A stretch of DNA of 32,000 bases from Pseudomonadota bacterium (GTDB lineage Bacteria > Bdellovibrionota_B > Oligoflexia > Silvanigrellales > Silvanigrellaceae), in the NCBI GenBank assembly GCA_039799905.1, contig JBDLRP010000001.1:117504-149503 (forward strand), in the 5' to 3' direction. This document shows, piece by piece, positions 26,378 to 32,000 of the stretch. A model generated the notes under the pieces. The model did no database searches, was not told the origin of the DNA, and saw nothing but the letters and a program-made list of their open reading frames with translations. Made by a program: the position numbers and the translations under genes. Position 1 is the stretch's first letter. Every line of letters begins with the position of its first letter.

Positions 26378-27621
26378 TCACCCTCCAATGCCTGCGGCTG
26401 AGCAGCACTACCACCAGCGCCTTCACCGGAATAGACCCAATCCCATTCTTTGTGATGAGCAATTCCGACATCTGACTCCGCAAGTTCTGCAAGTATGTTA
26501 TCGAGCGCGTCGACAAACGCCAACCAGTGTGGGGCACGCAGAAGTGCAACGCTCAACTCAGGCTTCAATGCGACTCCACTGCGCAAATAATTCCAGAGCA
26601 TCTTTGCACGCGCCACGCTCCCTCTGCCGATTTGCCAAGAGCGCTCGTCGTTGTTTGGACCATCGGGGCTCAACAACGGTGCCCGCCGGACAAGTTCGGA
26701 CGTCTGTCGGGCACGAAACTCGGCAGGCGACATTCTTTTGCTCTCTTCCGGCAAGGCGAAAACTCCGTCCTGAACGGCCGCCATGAATGCTTCCCAATGA
26801 TTAGCCTGAAGCTCCTGAAGCAAAACAAATTGCAGCAGAGCAGACCGCAAAAGCTGCCGAGACACCTCCGTTTTGACGTCACGAAGCCGGGCAAAAATCC
26901 ACGGATCGCGAAGCGCACCGCGTCCGACAATAACTCCCGACAACGCGGGAGTCTGCGCAATGCGCTCGGCAAAGGAAAACACATCCGTGACATCTCCGGA
27001 GCCAAACACCGGAATGTTGAGTTGTCCGGCCGCATCGGCCATCGGACTCCAACGGGCAAACCCTTTGTAGCGATCAGTCCGCGTGCGCCCGTGGATTGTC
27101 AGACGGGCAAGCGGCAAACTCCGCAACGCCGAAAGCAATTGTGGAAATTCGCTTTCATGCCAAAAGCCAATGCGCATTTTTACGCTGACCCGTCCAGCAC
27201 CAAGAGCATCGACAATTTTTCTGAGATAGCTGTAAAAGCGCTGCGGATCCTGCAAAAGACTGCTGCCTGCACCGTGTCCAACAACGGTCGGAGAAGGACA
27301 TCCGCAGTTGATGTCAACAAAAGGAACATCTTTCAAAAAGTGTTCAGCAATCCGAATCAGATCGTCTTCACACGAGGCCATCAACTGAGGAATGCATGGG
27401 ACGATTCCGTGCGCTTTTGACAACTTTGTCTCGGGCAAAAAGTTTGCTGAAATCCGCTTAGGCGGGTAGTCTTTCGTGACCCGCAAAAACGGGGTGGTTG
27501 TGAAGTCAGGCGCGCCATTTTGAGTGATCCAAAGGCGGGTTGCAAAATCGGTGACTCCCTCCATGGGAGCCAGCCCGATTTCAATACGCGGCGAATCTTT
27601 GCCCTGTTTCAGGTCGACCAT
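26374..27621 (-). CDS. tRNA-dihydrouridine synthase (Dus family) with a ~100-aa C-terminal extension
   Basis: GLAPMEGVTDFATRLW, DINCGCPSPTVVGHGAGSSLLQDP (catalytic Cys context), VSVKMRIG and LTIHGRTRTDRYKG. At 415 aa it is longer than my recollection of typical Dus enzymes. Confidence 0.85.
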   Translation of the reverse strand: MVDLKQGKDSPRIEIGLAPMEGVTDFATRLWITQNGAPDFTTTPFLRVTKDYPPKRISANFLPETKLSKAHGIVPCIPQLMASCEDDLIRIAEHFLKDVPFVDINCGCPSPTVVGHGAGSSLLQDPQRFYSYLRKIVDALGAGRVSVKMRIGFWHESEFPQLLSALRSLPLARLTIHGRTRTDRYKGFARWSPMADAAGQLNIPVFGSGDVTDVFSFAERIAQTPALSGVIVGRGALRDPWIFARLRDVKTEVSRQLLRSALLQFVLLQELQANHWEAFMAAVQDGVFALPEESKRMSPAEFRARQTSELVRRAPLLSPDGPNNDERSWQIGRGSVARAKMLWNYLRSGVALKPELSVALLRAPHWLAFVDALDNILAELAESDVGIAHHKEWDWVYSGEGAGGSAAQPQALEGE

Positions 27622-27674
27622 TCAAGAACCCATGGCAGTCAAGAGTTTTCAATCCCAGTCAGCGAGGGAAAAAC

Positions 27675-28796
27675 ATGGCGAAGCGAACGGTGAGACTTGG
27701 GGACTCAGCCCCGGCCGACCAACACTCTCCGGATGACTCACTATCCCCGTACAATCCGGAAGTCCATGCCAAAATCGCAATGACAGGAGCATCAAGCTTC
27801 CGCGGCCACCTTGTTCTCAAAAGGCTGTGCGAGCTGCCGCACGTCAAGGAAATTCACGTCTTCGACATCAAGGCTCCACTCGTTCATGCCGCGAAGGTTA
27901 TCTTCCACCGCGTTGATCTGACGCGTGACGGAGCCGACGAACTGCTTGCATCCCTGCTCGAGAAAAATTCAATCAAGTGCGTCGTGCACGGCGCGCTTTT
28001 TTCGGGTCCCGGCCGCGGCGGTTCTCACCGGCGCGAGGTGGAAACCATCGGAACATTCCACGTTCTTAATGCTCTTGCAGGAGCCAAGGTTGAACGCTGC
28101 GTCGTGCTGGGAGACACTTTCGTCTACGGGGCGCACAGCCAGAACCCAAACTTCATTTCAGAATCGAGAGCACTCAGACCGCTCGGACCCGATTTTGTCC
28201 GTGCACGCGTCGACGTGGAAGGACAGCTCAAAGAATTTGCCACCGATTATCCCGACTGCGAGGTTTGCATTCTGCGCTTTGCCCCCATTCTCGGACCCAA
28301 TTCAACCAACGTCCGCGCGCGTTATTTTCTTGCAGGGATCATCCCGAAAGTACTGGGCTACGATCCTCTTCTGCAATTCATCCATGAAGACGATGCAGTT
28401 CAGGCCGCGCAACTTGCGATTTTTTCCAAAGCACGCGGAGCATTCAACATCGTCGGCAAGGGGGTACTGCCGCTGAGCACCGGCATCCATCTCTCGGGAC
28501 GCGTCCCTGTGCCCGTGGCGACGCCTGTATGCAGGACTGTCTTCTCAATAGGATTCGCGATGCGGCTGTGGGATTTGCCCTCATCAATGGTGCCGTTCTT
28601 TCAATACATCTGCGTCGCCGATGGTGCGCGTGCTCACAAAGTCCTCGGCTTCGCTCCGCGCTATTCGAGCCGTCAGGCACTCAAGGCGCTTATCGAAGCG
28701 GCACGCCTGCGCAGTGTAGGTTTTTCTCCGCCCTCGTCTGCATTAGGTGAAGAGAAGCCTCTCCGTCAGGACGACGGGTTCGTTCGCGTTTATTGA
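27675..28796 (+). CDS. NAD-dependent epimerase/dehydratase-like (extended SDR fold) protein, apparently atypical or non-catalytic
   Basis: 373 aa. Rossmann start KIAMTGASSFRGHLV (degenerate TGxxGxxG) and the FVYG segment. The position expected for YxxxK reads F-V-R-A-R (28188-28220). GAGGGA SD lies before the ATG. Confidence 0.75.
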   Translation: MAKRTVRLGDSAPADQHSPDDSLSPYNPEVHAKIAMTGASSFRGHLVLKRLCELPHVKEIHVFDIKAPLVHAAKVIFHRVDLTRDGADELLASLLEKNSIKCVVHGALFSGPGRGGSHRREVETIGTFHVLNALAGAKVERCVVLGDTFVYGAHSQNPNFISESRALRPLGPDFVRARVDVEGQLKEFATDYPDCEVCILRFAPILGPNSTNVRARYFLAGIIPKVLGYDPLLQFIHEDDAVQAAQLAIFSKARGAFNIVGKGVLPLSTGIHLSGRVPVPVATPVCRTVFSIGFAMRLWDLPSSMVPFFQYICVADGARAHKVLGFAPRYSSRQALKALIEAARLRSVGFSPPSSALGEEKPLRQDDGFVRVY

Positions 28797-28824
28797 ATTA
28801 TCAGCCGATGGAGCGGGGTAAGCC

Positions 28825-30033
28825 ATGAAAATTTCGAAGCCCACAGATGCGCGCAGCAAAGGCCAGACCGACACCAGTCCGGCCGCCGACAAAGACGAAC
28901 TCATCAGTCTGTCGAGCAATGTGTTTAAGGTGCGGCGAACACTCCTCGAACAGTTCAGCCGCATCGAGCGCGACATGGAAAAGCGCGCGCGACAGCAAAA
29001 AGAGCAGTTCGCTTCAAAAGATGAACTCAAGGGTGTCATTGAGAGGCTGCACGAGTTCCGCGGCGAACTTGATTCAGTCCTGTTGAAAATTGAAGAGCGT
29101 CTGCAGACCTCGGCAGAATCCATCCGCCCCAACCTGCTCGAAAGAAACGAACCGGCAAGTGCGGATATCAACAGCTCGCTGGACGAAATCGTGACCGGAC
29201 TCAATCCGTTCAACCTCCGGCGTAAGTATCACGAGTTCTCGCTGAGCATGCGCAGCGAGGAGGTCGACCTGTTTGGCTTCGATCCGATTTTTGATCGGTT
29301 CGTCCGCCCTGTCTTTGATTTCCTCTACACCAAATATTGGCGCGTCGAGACATACGGAATTTCAAATATTCCGCGTTCGGGCCCTTGTCTGATGGTCGGC
29401 AATCACTCCGGCTCACTTCCCTACGACGCAACGATGCTCAAGATGGCCGTGCTCAAGGAGCATGCCGCTCATCGTGAAGTCAGGTTCATGGTGGAAGATT
29501 TTCTCTTTCACTTTCCCTTTCTGGGCAGCATGATGAACCGCTTCGGCGGAGTACGCGCCAGTCAGGAAAACGCCCAGCAACTTCTTCATGCGCAAATGCC
29601 GGTTGTTGTTTTTCCCGAAGGCGTCAAGGGTCTTGGCAAACTCTACCGCGATAAATATCATCTCGCCCGATTCGGCCGCGGCGGCTTCATTAAATTGTGC
29701 CTGCGCACCGGCGCTCCGCTGGTTCCGGTCGCATTCATCGGTCCTGAGGAAATTCATCCGATGCTCGCGCGCGAGAGTTTTCTCGCTGGAATGCTCGGTA
29801 TACCCTATATACCCATCACACCAACCTTCCCTTTGCTGGGCCCGCTCGGAATGATTCCCCTTCCAAGCAAATGGTTTATCCACATTTTGCCGCCGATTGA
29901 TCTCTCACAGTATGGACCGGATGCCGAAAAAGATCGGGTTCTTGTCTATCGTTTGGCGCAACAGGTGAAGAATCAAATCCAAGAGGTTATCGTTGAGCAG
30001 CTGAAAAACCGCAGAAGTATCTGGTTCGGATAA
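28825..30033 (+). CDS. Lysophospholipid/glycerolipid acyltransferase (LPLAT/PlsC superfamily) with a ~130-aa N-terminal coiled-coil-like extension
   Basis: 402 aa. LFGFDP...YWRVETYGISNIPRSGPCLMVGNHSGSLPYDATML (acyltransferase block I), VVVFPEGVKG (block III) and GAPLVPVAFIG (block IV). The N-terminus is rich in E/K/R/L heptad-like sequence. Confidence 0.75.
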   Translation: MKISKPTDARSKGQTDTSPAADKDELISLSSNVFKVRRTLLEQFSRIERDMEKRARQQKEQFASKDELKGVIERLHEFRGELDSVLLKIEERLQTSAESIRPNLLERNEPASADINSSLDEIVTGLNPFNLRRKYHEFSLSMRSEEVDLFGFDPIFDRFVRPVFDFLYTKYWRVETYGISNIPRSGPCLMVGNHSGSLPYDATMLKMAVLKEHAAHREVRFMVEDFLFHFPFLGSMMNRFGGVRASQENAQQLLHAQMPVVVFPEGVKGLGKLYRDKYHLARFGRGGFIKLCLRTGAPLVPVAFIGPEEIHPMLARESFLAGMLGIPYIPITPTFPLLGPLGMIPLPSKWFIHILPPIDLSQYGPDAEKDRVLVYRLAQQVKNQIQEVIVEQLKNRRSIWFG

Positions 30034-30054
30034 TCTTGCACGGAGGAGTTTCGA

Positions 30055-30906
30055 ATGAACGCTCAACCCACCCTGAGAGTGATTTACAATCAAAAAGGCG
30101 GCGTCGGCAAAACAACTCTTGCCGTCAATCTTGCAGCCTGCTCCGCCCGTTCAGGACAGCGCACGCTGCTGGTCGACACCGATCCCCAAGGCAACTCCAC
30201 GACGCATCTTCTCGGTGCGGATGCGCAGCCGGCCAAATCCATCTCGGATTTTTATGAGAGTTGTCTCGGACTGAATTTATTCCGCCAGAGTTTGCTTGAG
30301 TATGTGACGACTGCAACTGGAGTCGAACATCTTCATCTGGTTGCCGCAGACAGGCGCCTCGAGGAATTGCGCAACAAACTCGAGAATAAACACAAAATCA
30401 TGAAGCTTCGCGACGGAATCCGCTCGACTTCATACGACGCCATTTATTTTGATCCGCCGCCGGCCAACGACTTTTACGCGCTGAGCAGCCTGATTGCGGC
30501 CCACGAAATTCTGGTGCCGATCGACTGCGATGCGTTCAGCGTGCGTGCGGCTCAGGACATTTTTGCAACCATCCGCGAGGTTCAAGCCGATCACAACCCC
30601 GAATTGAAGATTCACGGCGTGGTTGTCAATCAATTTCAAAAGGGTACCAAGCACGCTGCGGCAATCGTCTCGGACCTCAAGAAGCTTGGCTACACCGTGC
30701 TCGAACCTTTTATTCCGTCGAGCATCAAAGTGCGCGAATCCCACTCCGACTCGGTGCCGGTTGTTTGTCAGTTTCCCGAACACCCTGTCTCGCAGGCATT
30801 CAGCGAACTGTTTGAGCGCATTGAAGCTCTCTCTGGCCGCACGATCAGCAAGTCAAAGCCACCACGACGCGGTGCCTCAGCGCGTGAAACTATCGCTGAG
30901 GGGTAA
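30055..30906 (+). CDS. ParA/MinD-family P-loop ATPase (orphan; no ParB nearby)
   Basis: Deviant Walker A NQKGGVGKTTLAVNLA, Walker A' LLVDTDPQGN and Walker B-like AIYFDPPP. Basic C-terminal tail KSKPPRRGASAR. GGAGGAG SD. Confidence 0.85.
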   Translation: MNAQPTLRVIYNQKGGVGKTTLAVNLAACSARSGQRTLLVDTDPQGNSTTHLLGADAQPAKSISDFYESCLGLNLFRQSLLEYVTTATGVEHLHLVAADRRLEELRNKLENKHKIMKLRDGIRSTSYDAIYFDPPPANDFYALSSLIAAHEILVPIDCDAFSVRAAQDIFATIREVQADHNPELKIHGVVVNQFQKGTKHAAAIVSDLKKLGYTVLEPFIPSSIKVRESHSDSVPVVCQFPEHPVSQAFSELFERIEALSGRTISKSKPPRRGASARETIAEG

Positions 30907-30912
30907 TCAGTC

Positions 30913-31869
30913 ATGCGTGGATATTCTCTTCCGTGCGTCTTTTTGTGCGGCCTTAGAGTTGCGGTCACTGCCGGAAGCCTGTTCTTCCACCCGCCCGTCT
31001 TTGCGTCTGATAAAACACCGCTCAGCACGCTGACGGACGGAAGCTTTGAACGGCAGCTGAATGTTCCTCCGCACGAGCAGCTAGAAAACAACAGTCCTCT
31101 TTTTCAAGAGGCTGTCCGCAGCTATCAAAAACTTCCGTTCGACCCCGGCGAACGTATGCGCTTTGTTGTCACATATCTTGGTGTCAGCGGCGGTTCAGCG
31201 GAAGTGATTTTGCAGCCTCCGGTCAAGCGTGCTGAAACATGGGCTCATCGTCTGACCGGCGAGGTCAAGAGCGCGCGCTGGTATCGCTGGATCATGAACA
31301 TTCATGACTCCATCGAGGCGCTCATGATTGATGGTGGAGAAATGGTGCCGTCACGCTTTTACATCAACCAGCAGGAAGGCTCATTTCGACAGAGCAAAAT
31401 CCTTGAATTCGACAGTAAGCAGAATGTGATTCACCAGCAGACAAAGCGTAAAGATCGTGCCGAATCGAAAAACAGCTATCCATTTGCGGCGGGGACCAAA
31501 GACGCGCTCGGCTCGCTCTACTACATCCGCACCCGACTCGCGGCGGGCGGCCCCCCTCCGGCAAATCTCGACGTACCGATCTTCACTTCCGAAAAGACCT
31601 GGACCGGCAAGGCCACTTATTTGGGCTCCGAGAATCGAAAGATTGGGAAAAAGGAATATGATTCTGATGTTTACCGCCTGATTACCACGTTTGGCGGCCT
31701 GATGGAGCAGCGCGGCGATATCAAGATGTGGTTCACCCGCGACGATCGCCGTCTTCCGCTGTATATTGAGGCCAGCGTGCGATTCGGAAACATCAAAGTA
31801 ACTCTCGACGAGTGGGATGCCGGCGACCTGAAAAAAAATCAGTTTCCCGCGGTCCGCCACAACCTCTAA
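30913..31869 (+). CDS. Secreted DUF3108-like protein
   Basis: 318 aa. Signal peptide ...FFHPPVFA|SD. The pattern GERMRFVVTYLGVSGGSAEVIL... and the beta-rich remainder match my recollection of DUF3108, but this is unconfirmed. The start lies 6 nt after the ParA stop, with a GAGGGG SD. Confidence 0.55.
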   Translation: MRGYSLPCVFLCGLRVAVTAGSLFFHPPVFASDKTPLSTLTDGSFERQLNVPPHEQLENNSPLFQEAVRSYQKLPFDPGERMRFVVTYLGVSGGSAEVILQPPVKRAETWAHRLTGEVKSARWYRWIMNIHDSIEALMIDGGEMVPSRFYINQQEGSFRQSKILEFDSKQNVIHQQTKRKDRAESKNSYPFAAGTKDALGSLYYIRTRLAAGGPPPANLDVPIFTSEKTWTGKATYLGSENRKIGKKEYDSDVYRLITTFGGLMEQRGDIKMWFTRDDRRLPLYIEASVRFGNIKVTLDEWDAGDLKKNQFPAVRHNL

Positions 31870-31990
31870 ACACGCAGAATGCCCCTTGACGTCCACTGGG
31901 ACATGTGGTTATCAAGGGCGTTCTATTTGCTATCCAAGGCTGCGTCACATAAAGCGTGACGCTGCTGCCCACACGTAAAGGAAGGTTGTC

Positions 31991-32000
31991 ATGGCAGTAT
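31991..32000 (+). CDS. First codons (M-A-V-...) of an unidentified gene running off the window
   Basis: AGGAAGG SD lies 6 nt upstream of the ATG at 31991. Only 10 nt are visible, so the product cannot be called. Confidence 0.3.

Noticed and set aside
26527-27420. 297-aa plus-strand ORF antisense to dus
   Set aside because: Arg/Lys/Gln-rich nonsense-like sequence and no SD. The minus-strand frame has the full set of Dus motifs.
26374-27674. Possibility of a dusA-associated integrative element (islands known to target the 5' end of dusA)
   Set aside because: No integrase, repeats or foreign-looking genes flank the dus 5' end. It abuts a 53-bp divergent promoter region and the SDR operon.
1-32000. 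Scan for CRISPR arrays, tRNA/rRNA genes, IS elements, integrases, reverse transcriptases and toxin-antitoxin pairs
   Set aside because: No regularly spaced repeats, no tRNA-like T-arm motifs in the intergenic gaps, and no transposase, integrase or RT motifs in any translated frame. Apart from the two promoter regions of 240-266 bp, all intergenic gaps are at most ~175 bp.

Overview
The window reads as a largely housekeeping chromosomal segment of a Gram-negative bacterium with moderately high GC. Signal peptides, lipoboxes, beta-barrel-like proteins and a Planctomycete-type cytochrome domain are compatible with a Bdellovibrionota- or deltaproteobacteria-like lineage, but I cannot verify the taxonomy. 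All calls come from the supplied translations, motif recognition and manual inspection of start codons, Shine-Dalgarno (SD) sites and hairpins; no searches were run.

Genes in order:
- 3' end of a PepF-like M3 peptidase
- punA-hpt purine salvage pair, translationally coupled to two small secreted beta-barrel-like proteins
- (minus strand) an 860-aa lipoprotein with two CXXCH haem motifs, an SLT-domain lipoprotein, rlmN, and an alpha/beta hydrolase
- a DUF4336-like protein
- (minus strand) a secreted HEXXH metalloprotease, prs, a NifS/IscS-like cysteine desulfurase, and lon
- rpmB with a clean bidirectional terminator
- an orphan 135-aa gene
- a pstSCAB operon behind a clear Pho box, with unusually long PstC and PstA and no phoU
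- (minus strand) dus, a 69-aa tail-anchored peptide, an HNH endonuclease, and a GYF/TM/OB-like protein
- (plus strand) a tightly packed four-gene operon: atypical SDR, LPLAT acyltransferase, orphan ParA, secreted DUF3108-like protein

I found no rRNA, tRNA, CRISPR array, transposase, integrase or recognisable defence or toxin-antitoxin module. The best candidate for an undescribed system is the SDR-acyltransferase-ParA-DUF3108 operon at 27675-31869. Next are the dus/peptide/HNH/GYF cluster and the di-haem lipoprotein. All three are hypotheses that need homology and synteny searches.
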